Part shown: piece by piece, positions 8,266 through 17,595 of the stretch
Layout of the letters: every line of letters begins with the position of its first letter
Position numbering within the stretch: the first letter of the stretch is position 1
NCBI GenBank assembly: GCA_030610745.1
Contig: JAUWRC010000001.1
Coordinates: forward strand, 1-31,783
DNA: 31,783 bases
Reading direction: 5' to 3'
Origin: Clostridia bacterium
Lineage (GTDB): Bacteria; Aerophobota; Aerophobia; Aerophobales; AE-B3A
Made by a program: the position numbers and the translations under genes
Notes under the pieces: model-generated
What the model saw: the letters and a program-made list of their open reading frames with translations, nothing else
Databases searched by the model: none
Told to the model about the DNA's origin: nothing

Positions 8266-9015
8266 ATGAAGGGGGTAAGGGCAGTAGTTTTAGCAGCGGG
8301 CGAAGGAACACGAATGAAATCAGGGTTAAGTAAGCTAGCTCATTCTTTGGGCTCGCAGGCTTTGATAAAATTTGCTGTTGATGCCTGTATCGAAAGTGGA
8401 ATAAGTAAGATTATTATTGTGGTGGGACATCAGGCAGAAAAGATAAGGTCTATTTTGGGAGAAGGATTTGAATATGTCTACCAACGAGAAAGATTGGGTA
8501 CAGGACATGCTCTCAAGCAAGCCGCTCCTCTCTTAAGTGATTTTCAAGGGGAGTTGGTGGTGCTTCCAGGCGATGCTCCTTTTCTTACTCCTTCCGTGCT
8601 CCTCCAATTAATCCAGTATCAACGAGAGAAAAAGCCGGCAGCAACAGTATTAACTACTCTCCTTCCCGATCCCAGTCACTATGGAAGAGTTATTAAAAAT
8701 GGCTATAGACAGATTAAGAAAATCGTAGAGAGTAAAAATGCCAGTCCTGAGGAGTTAAATATTCGAGAAATAAACAGTGGAGTTTATTGTTTTGACACAC
8801 AGAAGGTACTTTCTCTTCTTCCTTACCTGGAGCGTAATAATAAAGGGAAAGAGTATTATTTAACGGATGTAGTCGAACTTTTAAACATACAGGGATTCAA
8901 AGTAGAAGCAATGCAGACTAAGAATTCACAGGTAGCTTTAGGAGTCAACACTCCTGAAGAATTGGAAAGAGCCTGGGAAATTTTAGAGAGGGGAAAAAGA
9001 AGATGGGCCGAATAA
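8266..9015 (+). CDS. GlmU-like uridyltransferase domain only (no acetyltransferase domain)
   Basis: VLAAGEGTRMKS, Q.ERLGTGHA, GDAP, YGRVI, EINSG.YCF, EYYLTD and GVNT motifs. The ORF stops where the hexapeptide repeats would begin. ATG 8266 follows AGGAG. Confidence 0.85.
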   Translation: MKGVRAVVLAAGEGTRMKSGLSKLAHSLGSQALIKFAVDACIESGISKIIIVVGHQAEKIRSILGEGFEYVYQRERLGTGHALKQAAPLLSDFQGELVVLPGDAPFLTPSVLLQLIQYQREKKPAATVLTTLLPDPSHYGRVIKNGYRQIKKIVESKNASPEELNIREINSGVYCFDTQKVLSLLPYLERNNKGKEYYLTDVVELLNIQGFKVEAMQTKNSQVALGVNTPEELERAWEILERGKRRWAE

Positions 9016-10547
9016 TTATTTTTGATACTACTTTGCGAGATGGAGAGCAAGCTGCTGGAACACGGCTAGGGACCAGAGAGAAGTTGGAAATAGCTCGGCA
9101 GTTGGCCCGGCTGAAAGTGGATGTGATAGAGGCAGGATTTCCTATTTCTTCACCTGAGGATTTTGAAGCCGTACAGGTAATATCAAAAGAGCTCGAAGGT
9201 CCTATTATCTGCGCGCTATCCCGAGCCATAGCTCGAGATATTGATGAATGCGGCAGGGCGCTAGCTAAAACCAAAAAATCCCGCATCCATACGGGCATTG
9301 GCGTTTCTGATATTCACATTGCTGGTAAATTCAGAGATGAGAAATATGGGAAAACAATAGGCGAAAAAAAGACCCATGTCCTTCAAATGTCCATCGAGGC
9401 AGTTAAACATGCCAGGAACTATACCGACGATGTCGAGTTCTATGCCGAAGATGCTGGCCGCGCTAACAGGTCTTACTTGTTCGAGATAATTCAGGCTGTC
9501 ATCAAAGCCGGGGCTACCGTAGTCAACATTCCTGATACAACCGGATACACCGTTCCTGAGCAATTTGGTGCACTGATCCGAGATATCCACACCCGTGTTC
9601 CAAATATTGATCAAGCAATTATTAGTGTCCACTGTCACAACGATTTGGGTATGGCCGTAGCGAACACTCTGGCAGGTGTGAAAAACGGAGCGCAGCAAGT
9701 CGAGGGTACTATTAACGGTATTGGCGAGCGAGCAGGCAATGCAGCCATCGAAGAGGTAGTTATGGCTCTTCATACTCGTCGGGACTATTTTGGAGTAGAG
9801 ACAGCAATTAAAACCAGCGAGTTTTACCGCACCAGCCGTTTGGTGGCTAATATGTTCGGAATGAGGGTTCCACCCAACAAGGCAATCGTAGGGAAGAACG
9901 CTTTTGCTCACAGCGCTGGGATACATGTGGATGGGTTTTTGAAAAAACGGGAGACGTATGAGATTATGCAGCCGAAGGATGTAGGCTTTCCCGAGAGCCG
10001 GGTGGTTCTTACAGCTCGCACAGGTCGCCATGGCCTACGAGATCGCCTTGAAAAAATGGGATATACACTATCTTCAGAAGAACTGGAAAAGGTATATCAG
10101 CGTTTTCTGAGCATCGGGGATAAAAAACAGGAGGTTTTTGATGAGGATCTCATGGCCATCATCCAGGACGAGGTTCGTCCAGTTCCAGAGATGTATCATA
10201 TCGAGTATCTTCACACCTCTAGTGGTACGGGTACAATCCCAACAGCTACCGTGCGCATCCGGGTTGGCAGCGAGTCCAGACAGATGGCTGCTTGCGGCGA
10301 TGGCCCCGTGGATGCAATCTACAAAGCTATCAAGCTTGTGGTAGACATTCCGGCCAAAGTTACCCAATATGAGATCCAGGCAGTAACCAGCGGCGCTGAA
10401 GCCATCGGCGAGGTTACCGTCCGAGTGGAAGGAAAGGATACAGTGGTAATTGGGCGAGGTGCTTCCACGGATATCATCGAGGCCAGTGCCAAAGCTTATA
10501 TTAATGCCATCAATAGATTAGTTTATCAAAAAGGAAAGAGTAAATGA
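9003..10547 (+). CDS. leuA: 2-isopropylmalate synthase
   Basis: [47 protein letters not shown] and a C-terminal regulatory domain (GDGPVDA). Confidence 0.94.
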   Translation: MGRIIIFDTTLRDGEQAAGTRLGTREKLEIARQLARLKVDVIEAGFPISSPEDFEAVQVISKELEGPIICALSRAIARDIDECGRALAKTKKSRIHTGIGVSDIHIAGKFRDEKYGKTIGEKKTHVLQMSIEAVKHARNYTDDVEFYAEDAGRANRSYLFEIIQAVIKAGATVVNIPDTTGYTVPEQFGALIRDIHTRVPNIDQAIISVHCHNDLGMAVANTLAGVKNGAQQVEGTINGIGERAGNAAIEEVVMALHTRRDYFGVETAIKTSEFYRTSRLVANMFGMRVPPNKAIVGKNAFAHSAGIHVDGFLKKRETYEIMQPKDVGFPESRVVLTARTGRHGLRDRLEKMGYTLSSEELEKVYQRFLSIGDKKQEVFDEDLMAIIQDEVRPVPEMYHIEYLHTSSGTGTIPTATVRIRVGSESRQMAACGDGPVDAIYKAIKLVVDIPAKVTQYEIQAVTSGAEAIGEVTVRVEGKDTVVIGRGASTDIIEASAKAYINAINRLVYQKGKSK

Positions 10548-11551
10548 GAGAGGAGCTGGAGAAACTCAAGGGAGAGGCAAGAGAAAAGATTCTTAAGGTT
10601 AAAGATGAGAAATCTCTAGAAAGGGTACGGATTGAGTTTTTAGGAAGAAAGCAGGGTAAAATTACTAAAGTTTTGAGAAGTATAAAAGATATGCCCCCTG
10701 AGCAGAGGCCTCTCATAGGCGAGTTAGTTAACCAGTTAAAGCACCAGATTCAAAAAGAGTTAGAAGAAAGAAAAAAGAACCTGGAAAAGGAAGAAAAAGA
10801 GGAATATATTGACATAACCCTGCCTGGCAAAAGACCTCTTGTGGGAAGATTGCATCCTATTACCCAGACTCTGGAAGAAATCAAAAGAATTTTCCTGGGG
10901 TTGGGTTTTGGGGTGGTAGGAGGTCCAGAGGTAGAAACGGAATATTATAACTTCGAGGCTTTAAATATGCCTCGCTATCATCCAGCTAGAGATGAACAAG
11001 ACTCATTCTATTTAGATAATAATTATCTTTTACGTACTCAAACTTCTCCAGTGCAAATCAGAGTAATGGAGAAAAAGTCTCCCCCCATTCGTATAATTGC
11101 TCCAGGAAGGTGCTATAGACGTGATGCTGTAGATGCTTCTCACTTCCCTATGTTTCATCAAGTAGAAGGATTAGCCGTGGACAAAAAAATAACTTTTTCC
11201 GATTTAAAAGGCTGTCTTACCTATTTTGTCCATCGGATGTTTGGCAAAGAGACAAGGATTCGTTTCCGCCCCAGTTTCTTTCCCTTTACTGAACCCAGCG
11301 CCGAAGTGGACATTAGCTGTATTATGTGCAGGGGTTCAGGATGCAGGGTCTGTTCAGGAAAAGGATGGCTGGAGATTCTGGGAGCAGGTATGGTAGATCC
11401 TGAAGTTTTTAAAAAGGTTAATTATGATCCGGAGAAATATCAGGGATTTGCCTTTGGCATGGGAGTGGAGCGGATTTGTATGCTAAAATACGGGATTGAT
11501 GATATCCGCCTCTTCTTTCAAAATGATTTGCGATTCTTGAAGCAATTCTAG
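10544..11551 (+). CDS. pheS: Phenylalanine-tRNA ligase alpha subunit
   Basis: HPARDEQD, LRTQTSPVQIR, HFPMFHQVEGL, FPFTEPSAE and GFAFGMGVER motifs. Confidence 0.97.
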   Translation: MREELEKLKGEAREKILKVKDEKSLERVRIEFLGRKQGKITKVLRSIKDMPPEQRPLIGELVNQLKHQIQKELEERKKNLEKEEKEEYIDITLPGKRPLVGRLHPITQTLEEIKRIFLGLGFGVVGGPEVETEYYNFEALNMPRYHPARDEQDSFYLDNNYLLRTQTSPVQIRVMEKKSPPIRIIAPGRCYRRDAVDASHFPMFHQVEGLAVDKKITFSDLKGCLTYFVHRMFGKETRIRFRPSFFPFTEPSAEVDISCIMCRGSGCRVCSGKGWLEILGAGMVDPEVFKKVNYDPEKYQGFAFGMGVERICMLKYGIDDIRLFFQNDLRFLKQF

Positions 11552-11564
11552 AATGGAGGCTTAA

Positions 11565-12662
11565 ATGATTGAATTTGAATCCGCCTCTGGTGAGTCTTTA
11601 GCTGAATCAAGTCCAAAGTCATCCTCTCCTCAGATAAAGATTTTGGGAATTGGAGGAGCAGGCTGCAATATCTTATCTCGACTAAATGACTCTTTTCCAT
11701 CGGGAATAGAATCTATTGCCATCAACACTGATACCAGATCCTTAGAAAGATGCGCAGTGAAAAAGAAGTTCCAGTTGGGAAGGGCAGCTACCGGAGGATG
11801 GGGAACAGGCGGCAGTCGAGAGGTGGGCAGGCGGATTGCTCTGGAAGAAAAAGAAAAGCTCAAGCAAATACTAAAAGGAGCAAATCTTGTCTGCCTCGTT
11901 TTTGCCATGGGAAAGGGTACAGGTACAGGAGTTTCCCCTATCATAGCTCAATTGGCTAAAGAAATAGGTAGTCTAAGTATGGGATTTATTGTGCTTCCCT
12001 TTTATTTTGAAGGAGAAAAGAGGGTGAATTCAGTCAAGGAAACTCTTCCAGAGCTAGAAAAGGCCCTGGATGCTCTGATGGTAATTCCCAATGATATTCT
12101 GTTGGAAAATGTGGAGAAAGAGCCCTCTCTGGAAAAAGGATTCAGGAAAATAGATAAAATTCTAAAGGAAGTTATCCAGGCCTTGGGGGATTTACTTTTG
12201 TATCCTGGTTTGATAGACCTGGATTTTGCTGACTTTAAAGCTTTTCTTCAAAAGAAAGGCCACATCCAGGTAGCTATGGGTAAAGGAACAGGGGAAGAAG
12301 CAGCCCAGGATGCGGCTAGGCAAGCTATTTCTTTTCCTCTTTTAGGAAAACTTTCTTTAAAGAAAACCAAAGGAGTTTTATTTAATATTCGAGGGGGAAA
12401 GAACTTGAGCCTATTTGAAGTAGAAAAAGCAGCTTCCATTGTTAAGGAAGCCCTCCCCCCGGGTACCGAGGTTACTTTTGGTGCCAGCATAGACAAAGGT
12501 CTATCCAATGAAGTAACCATTGGCCTTATGGCTGTGGGTGGTGAGATTATTTCAAAAACAGAGAGTAGGAGGAAAAGAGAATTCCATCAGGGCGAGCTGG
12601 ATTTAAAAGTTTATGATGATAATTTGGATATCCCTACTTTTTTAAGAAAGAGAAAGAACTAA
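11565..12662 (+). CDS. ftsZ: Cell division protein FtsZ (divergent)
   Basis: GIGGAGCN, INTD, MGKGTGTG, PFYFEG..R, IPND, LDFAD and the C-terminal core peptide DIPTFLRKR. Confidence 0.88.
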   Translation: MIEFESASGESLAESSPKSSSPQIKILGIGGAGCNILSRLNDSFPSGIESIAINTDTRSLERCAVKKKFQLGRAATGGWGTGGSREVGRRIALEEKEKLKQILKGANLVCLVFAMGKGTGTGVSPIIAQLAKEIGSLSMGFIVLPFYFEGEKRVNSVKETLPELEKALDALMVIPNDILLENVEKEPSLEKGFRKIDKILKEVIQALGDLLLYPGLIDLDFADFKAFLQKKGHIQVAMGKGTGEEAAQDAARQAISFPLLGKLSLKKTKGVLFNIRGGKNLSLFEVEKAASIVKEALPPGTEVTFGASIDKGLSNEVTIGLMAVGGEIISKTESRRKREFHQGELDLKVYDDNLDIPTFLRKRKN

Positions 12663-12736
12663 ATTAGTCGTTAGTATTTAGTATTGGGTTAAGTTTTTCA
12701 ATCAAACTTATTATCATTTCTTCATAATCCTTCCTT

Positions 12737-12771
12737 ACTATTCACTAACGACTATTCACTAAATACTATCA
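12737..12771. repeat. Degenerate heptamer tandem array
   Basis: ACTATTC ACTAACG ACTATTC ACTAAAT ACTATCA. A complementary-looking TTAGTCG TTAGTAT TTAGTAT array lies at 12664-12684. Confidence 0.65.
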
Positions 12772-12784
12772 AAGTGAGGGAAAA

Positions 12785-13087
12785 ATGAAGCACATTCTGC
12801 GTTCTCTAAAACAAAACAGGTATAAGATTACAGGGGGACTGGGCGGTTTATTGATGGCTTTGCTTTTGATATTTGCCTGGCCTCTACTTTTGATTATTTT
12901 TCTAGTAATTATTGGAGTTTTCTTAGGGGGAGTCTTTGATGCGGGAAGAAGAGTGGGGATATTTTTAGATCACCTCTTTTCCCTTAAGAAAAAGACTCCT
13001 AACAAGAAGGCTTCCCGAAAGAGTCCCAACAAGAAAACTTCTCAAAAGAGTTCCCAAAAGACCCCCAAAGATGACAAAATTGATTAA
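12785..13087 (+). CDS. Small membrane protein (DUF2273-like) with a Lys/Ser/Pro-rich cytoplasmic tail
   Basis: ITGGLGGLLMALLLIFAW...IIGVFLGG..D two-helix pattern followed by KTPNKKASR-KSPNKKTSQ repeats. Confidence 0.6.
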   Translation: MKHILRSLKQNRYKITGGLGGLLMALLLIFAWPLLLIIFLVIIGVFLGGVFDAGRRVGIFLDHLFSLKKKTPNKKASRKSPNKKTSQKSSQKTPKDDKID

Positions 13088-13637
13088 AATTATCCCTCCT
13101 CTTAAAAAAGAATTAGCTCAGAGTTTAAAGGTGGGGGAGGAAGTTTTGATTAGTGGAGTTATCTATACAGCAAGAGATGCTGCCCACAAAAGACTCGTTG
13201 ATCTAATAAAGGAAAAAAAACCTCTTCCCTTCCCCTTAAAAAATGAAATCATTTATTATACCGGTCCTACACCAGCCAAACCCCCTAGACCCATTGGATC
13301 TTGTGGGCCTACCACTAGCTTCCGTATGGATAGTTTCACCCCTCTTCTTTTATCCAGGGGCCTGCGAGGAATGATAGGTAAAGGTTCCAGATCGCTCCAG
13401 ATAAGAGAGAGCATAAAAAAGTACAAGGCCATCTATTTTCTTGCTCTAGGAGGAGGGGGAGCCTATCTATCCCGGAGGGTAAAGAGAGCAGAAGTAATAG
13501 CTTTTGCTGATCTGGGCCCGGAAGCAGTATATAAGTTATGGGTAGAGGACTTTCCCGCTATAGTAGGTATTGACTGCCGGGGCGAGGATTTATACCAGAA
13601 TTTAATAAGAAGAAAGGACAACAATGAGAAAAAATAA
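13071..13637 (+). CDS. Fe-S fumarate hydratase/tartrate dehydratase beta subunit
   Basis: IYTARDAAHKRL, GPTTS.RMD, GMIGKG and LGPEAVY motifs. Confidence 0.92.
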   Translation: MTKLIKIIPPLKKELAQSLKVGEEVLISGVIYTARDAAHKRLVDLIKEKKPLPFPLKNEIIYYTGPTPAKPPRPIGSCGPTTSFRMDSFTPLLLSRGLRGMIGKGSRSLQIRESIKKYKAIYFLALGGGGAYLSRRVKRAEVIAFADLGPEAVYKLWVEDFPAIVGIDCRGEDLYQNLIRRKDNNEKK

Positions 13638-14346
13638 ACGCAAAGCTAATGAGCTGCGAGAGGTAACCATGGAAAGAGGATTCGCCAAATATGCCCAGGG
13701 TTCCACTCTTATAAGCCTTGGGAATACAAAGGTGATTTGTACAGCTATGGTGGAAGAGGGAGTTCCAGGATTTTTGCGGGGAAGAGGACAGGGATGGCTT
13801 ACAGCAGAATACGCTCTGCTTCCTTATGCCAGCTCTAACCGACTTTCTCGAGAACGGGAACAAAAAAGGGGTAGATCTTATGAGATTCAGAGATTGATTG
13901 GTCGAACCTTGCGAGCAGTGGTGGATTTGAACGAATTAGAAGAACGCACCATCTGGGTTGATTGTGACGTCCTTCAGGCAGATGGAGGAACAAGATGTGC
14001 TTCTATTACTGGAGCTTTTGTAGCTCTGGTGGATGTAGATAGATGGCTTAAAGCAAAAGGGATGGTAAAAGGCTCTATTATCAAAGAGTTCCTGGCTGCT
14101 GTTAGTGTAGGAGTTAGTAAAGAAGAAAGGCTATTAGACCTATCTTTTCGAGAGGACTCCGAAGCCAGTGTGGATATGAATGTGGCAATGACGGAGGGAG
14201 GGGATCTGGTGGAGGTTCAGGTCAGCGGAGAAGGCGGAAGTTTTTCTCGAAATACTTTCAATGAATTACTTGATTTAGCTGGAGAGGGAATAAAAAAGCT
14301 GCTCCAGCTTCAGAAAAAAGCACTGGGAGACACTGAATGGAGCTAG
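13624..14346 (+). CDS. rph: Ribonuclease PH
   Basis: GWLTAEY..LP, EIQRLIGR.LRA, DCDVLQADGGTRCASITG and DMNVAMT motifs. Confidence 0.95.
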   Translation: MRKNKRKANELREVTMERGFAKYAQGSTLISLGNTKVICTAMVEEGVPGFLRGRGQGWLTAEYALLPYASSNRLSREREQKRGRSYEIQRLIGRTLRAVVDLNELEERTIWVDCDVLQADGGTRCASITGAFVALVDVDRWLKAKGMVKGSIIKEFLAAVSVGVSKEERLLDLSFREDSEASVDMNVAMTEGGDLVEVQVSGEGGSFSRNTFNELLDLAGEGIKKLLQLQKKALGDTEWS

Positions 14347-15515
14347 TGTTAGCTACAAAAAACCTGGATAAAATCAAAGAAATTAAAGAGACTTTCAAGA
14401 ATCTAGGAGTAAAGATATTTACCTTTAAGGATTTTCCTCACTTTCCCTCTGTTGTAGAAGATAAAGAGACCCTTTATGGTAATGCTCTCAAAAAAGCCAG
14501 AACCATAGCCAGGTTCACAGGAAAAATAGCCTTAGCTGATGATTCTGGACTCCAGGTAGAAGCTTTAGGGGGAGCACCGGGGGTCTTTTCCGCCCGCTTT
14601 GCTGGTGAGAAAGCTACCTATAAGGATAACAACCGAAAGCTCCTTTCACTTTTAGAGGAGATTCCTCTTGATAGGCGTAAAGCAACTTTTAGATGTTTTA
14701 TAGCCATTAGCGGTGGGGGTATTAAAGAAAGAGTAGTGGAGGGGATTTGTAAAGGTAGAATTCTTCAAGAGATGAGGGGCGAGAACGGTTTTGGCTATGA
14801 CCCATTATTCCAGCCGGAAGGGTCTACCAGAACCTTTGCCCAGATGAGTTTGAAGGAGAAGGGTGAGATTAGTCACAGGGGCAAGGCCCTAAGGAAAGCA
14901 GGAAAAGTTCTGGAGGAGTGGGGAAATACTACCGTGATCGGCCTCACAGGAAATATTGGCTCTGGTAAAACCACTGCAGCCAGGATGTTCGCAGAGCTAG
15001 GGGCAGAAATTATAGAAGCGGATAAAATAGGACATGATCTTATTAAAAAAGCAGAAGTGGAGGAGAATCTTATCCGAACCTTTGGCAGCTCAATATTAGA
15101 TGAAAAGAAAAAGATTGAGAGAAGAAAGCTGGGAAGAATAGTTTTTAAAGATAAAAAAAAGCTAGAAGAGCTTAATCAGATTCTTCATCCTTTGATAGGC
15201 AGTGAAATAAAGAAGAAAATTGTCTCCAGCAAGGCTCGGGTAGTTATAATAGATGCGGCTATACTCTTAGAGGCAGGATGGGATTCTTTAGTGGATAAGG
15301 TGCTCGTAGTTAGTGCATCTTATGAAGCTCAACTGAAGAGAATAAAAAAAAGCACCAGATTTAGTCCAGAGGAGATTGAAGGAATAATGCAGGCTCAGGG
15401 GCCTCAGGATAAAAAAATCCAGAGGGCTGATTTCCTCATCAGGAATGAAGGAAGTCTGGAGGAGACAAGAAGGCAAGTAGAGCAAATATGGGGGGAACTC
15501 GTCGCTCGTTGCTAG
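14337..15515 (+). CDS. Fusion of XTP/dITP diphosphatase (RdgB/HAM1) and dephospho-CoA kinase (CoaE)
   Basis: About residues 1-195: LATKN..K, ADDSGL, PGVFSARFA, FGYDPLF, SHR. Remainder: VIGLTGNIGSGKT, ILHPLI, IDAAILLE, AD..I.N. One uninterrupted frame. Confidence 0.9.
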   Translation: MELVLATKNLDKIKEIKETFKNLGVKIFTFKDFPHFPSVVEDKETLYGNALKKARTIARFTGKIALADDSGLQVEALGGAPGVFSARFAGEKATYKDNNRKLLSLLEEIPLDRRKATFRCFIAISGGGIKERVVEGICKGRILQEMRGENGFGYDPLFQPEGSTRTFAQMSLKEKGEISHRGKALRKAGKVLEEWGNTTVIGLTGNIGSGKTTAARMFAELGAEIIEADKIGHDLIKKAEVEENLIRTFGSSILDEKKKIERRKLGRIVFKDKKKLEELNQILHPLIGSEIKKKIVSSKARVVIIDAAILLEAGWDSLVDKVLVVSASYEAQLKRIKKSTRFSPEEIEGIMQAQGPQDKKIQRADFLIRNEGSLEETRRQVEQIWGELVARC

Positions 15516-15532
15516 TCGCTCGTATCTCGAAA
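15498..15532. repeat. Degenerate heptamer tandem array overlapping the rdgB-coaE stop
   Basis: CTCGTCG CTCGTTG CTAGTCG CTCGTAT CTCGAAA. The TAG stop is in unit 3. Confidence 0.65.
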
Positions 15533-15548
15533 AGGTGAATAGTAAATA

Positions 15549-15577
15549 GTAGCGGTGCGATTTATCGCACATTGTAG
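15549..15577 (+). repeat. GTAG-tagged REP palindrome
   Basis: GTAGCG-GTGCGAT-TT-ATCGCAC-ATTGTAG. Confidence 0.7.
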
Positions 15578-15654
15578 AGTGAGAGGAAAATAATTAACCA
15601 CTCACCAATTAACTATTTAACCAAAAGAGTTGCCGAAGCGAGGTTTAATTTGAG

Positions 15655-17382
15655 ATGAACAAAATGAAAGTGGACGCCACCAAAGTAGCTTCTATACTTA
15701 GAGAAATGGCTGATTTACTCTCTATTAAGGGGGAGAATCCCTTTCGGATAAGGGCTTATGAAAAAGCAGCCCGGACCCTGGAGCATCTTCCCGGAGACAT
15801 GGAGGCTCTTTATAAGCAGGGCAAACTAAAGGATATTTCAGGTCTCGGTAAAGGGATGCTGGAGAAAATAGCTACTATTCTAAACACTGGTAGGCTCCCT
15901 GCCTATGAGGAGTTAAAAAAAGAGTTCCCAGAGGGTACAAGAGAGCTTTTATTCATTTCAGAGATAGGGCCGAAGACAGTTAAACTTCTTTACGAGGAGG
16001 AAGGAGTAAAAAATATCGAAGATTTGGAGACGTTTGCTAAATCTGGCAAACTGCGGGACCTGCCGGGTATGGGAGCTAAAACAGAGGAGAATATCTTAAG
16101 AGGGATAAAACTTTATCGAACCAGCAAAGCTCGGATACTCCTCGGACGAGCTCAACCTCTGGTAGAAGAAGTTATTGCCGAATTAAAGAATAGAGCTTCT
16201 TCCTGGATTGAGAAAATTAGCCCTGCCGGGAGTTTAAGAAGGGGTAAAGAAACCATAGGAGACATAGATATTCTCGTTTCCTCGAGGAACTCCTCTCCTG
16301 TTATGGATGGTTTTGCTCAGCTCTCCTTTGTCAAAGAAATTCTAGCTAAGGGAGAGACCAAATCCAGTATTCTTACCACTCAAGGTCTGCAGATAGACCT
16401 GCGGGTAGTCTCCCCTGATTCCTTCGGAGCAGCTCTTCAGTACTTTACAGGCTCCAAGTCCCATAATATAAACTTAAGAGAAAGAGCTATAAAAAGGGGA
16501 TTGAAGATAAATGAATACGGTGTCTTCACTCGTGAGGGAGAGAAGCTGGCTGGAAAGAATGAAAAGGAAGTTTACGCCTCTTTAGACCTTCCTTTTATTC
16601 CTCCTGAGTTAAGGGAAGACAGAGGAGAGATTGAAGCAGCTGAGAAGGGAAGAATTCCTTGCCTATTAAGAGAGAAAGAGATAAAGGGTGACCTGCACAT
16701 GCATACTAAAATGAGTGATGGGGTTAATACCATTGAAGAATTAATAGAGAAAGCTAAATCAAAAGGATATGAATACATAGCCATTACTGATCATTCCCTC
16801 TCTTTAAAAGTGGCAAGAGGTCTGAGTATAGAAACCCTTTTAGCTCAGATAAAGGAGATTAAAAAAATAAATTCTCATTTGGAAGGCTTTAAAGTTTTAG
16901 CTGGGAGTGAGGTAGACATTAAAAAAGATGGCAGCCTGGACTATCCTGATGAGATTTTAGGAAAGCTGGATATAGTGATAGCAGCCATACATACAGGTTT
17001 TAAACAAGATAAAAAAACTATAACCGCTCGGGTAGTTAAAGCTATCCAGAGTCCTTTTGTTCGGATTTTTGCTCATCCTACGGGACGACTCTTAGGAGAA
17101 AGGGAGGCCTATGCTGTTGATCTAAATAAGGTCCTGGAAGTAGCCAAAGATAGAGGCATCTGGCTGGAGATAAATGCCCAACCGCAGAGGCTCGATTTAA
17201 CCGATATCTGGATTATGGAGGCAAAGAAAAAAGGGGTAAAACTAGCCATTAACACCGATGCTCACAATAAAGAAGGGTTAGATTTTATGTCCCTGGGAGT
17301 AGCCACAGCCAGGCGAGGATGGTGCCAGGCTCCTGATGTAGTAAACACCCTCTCTTTGGAAGAGTTTATTCACAAACTTTAG
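15655..17382 (+). CDS. polX: DNA polymerase X with C-terminal PHP domain
   Basis: GENPFRIRAY, AGSLRR..ETIGDIDIL, IDLRVV, YFTGSK.HN, NEYG, DLHMHT..SDG, ITDHS and INTDAH motifs. Confidence 0.95.
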   Translation: MNKMKVDATKVASILREMADLLSIKGENPFRIRAYEKAARTLEHLPGDMEALYKQGKLKDISGLGKGMLEKIATILNTGRLPAYEELKKEFPEGTRELLFISEIGPKTVKLLYEEEGVKNIEDLETFAKSGKLRDLPGMGAKTEENILRGIKLYRTSKARILLGRAQPLVEEVIAELKNRASSWIEKISPAGSLRRGKETIGDIDILVSSRNSSPVMDGFAQLSFVKEILAKGETKSSILTTQGLQIDLRVVSPDSFGAALQYFTGSKSHNINLRERAIKRGLKINEYGVFTREGEKLAGKNEKEVYASLDLPFIPPELREDRGEIEAAEKGRIPCLLREKEIKGDLHMHTKMSDGVNTIEELIEKAKSKGYEYIAITDHSLSLKVARGLSIETLLAQIKEIKKINSHLEGFKVLAGSEVDIKKDGSLDYPDEILGKLDIVIAAIHTGFKQDKKTITARVVKAIQSPFVRIFAHPTGRLLGEREAYAVDLNKVLEVAKDRGIWLEINAQPQRLDLTDIWIMEAKKKGVKLAINTDAHNKEGLDFMSLGVATARRGWCQAPDVVNTLSLEEFIHKL

Positions 17383-17466
17383 ACCTAACTGTAAACCTAA
17401 CCTGTCAAAAAATACAAGATATTGTAAAGTAAAATTAGGGGTCACATGAGTCTGACAAAAGCATGT

Positions 17467-17494
17467 TTGACAAAAACAAGGAATAGACTAGAAT
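17467..17494 (+). promoter_or_regulatory. Sigma70-type promoter for the glycerol-dehydrogenase-like gene
   Basis: TTGACA-16 nt-TAGAAT. Confidence 0.6.
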
Positions 17495-17595
17495 TTGAAT
17501 AGCATGGAGCGGGTAGTAAAGACAATCATGAGACAATCATGAGAGTGCTTCGGCTTCGCCTCCATTGCAATGGCAAATGAGGGAAAGAAGAAAAA

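Noticed and set aside
9261-10031. 256-aa antisense ORF inside leuA, and other nested ORFs in the track
   Set aside because: Shadows of well-supported genes on the opposite strand or frame, with no recognisable motifs.
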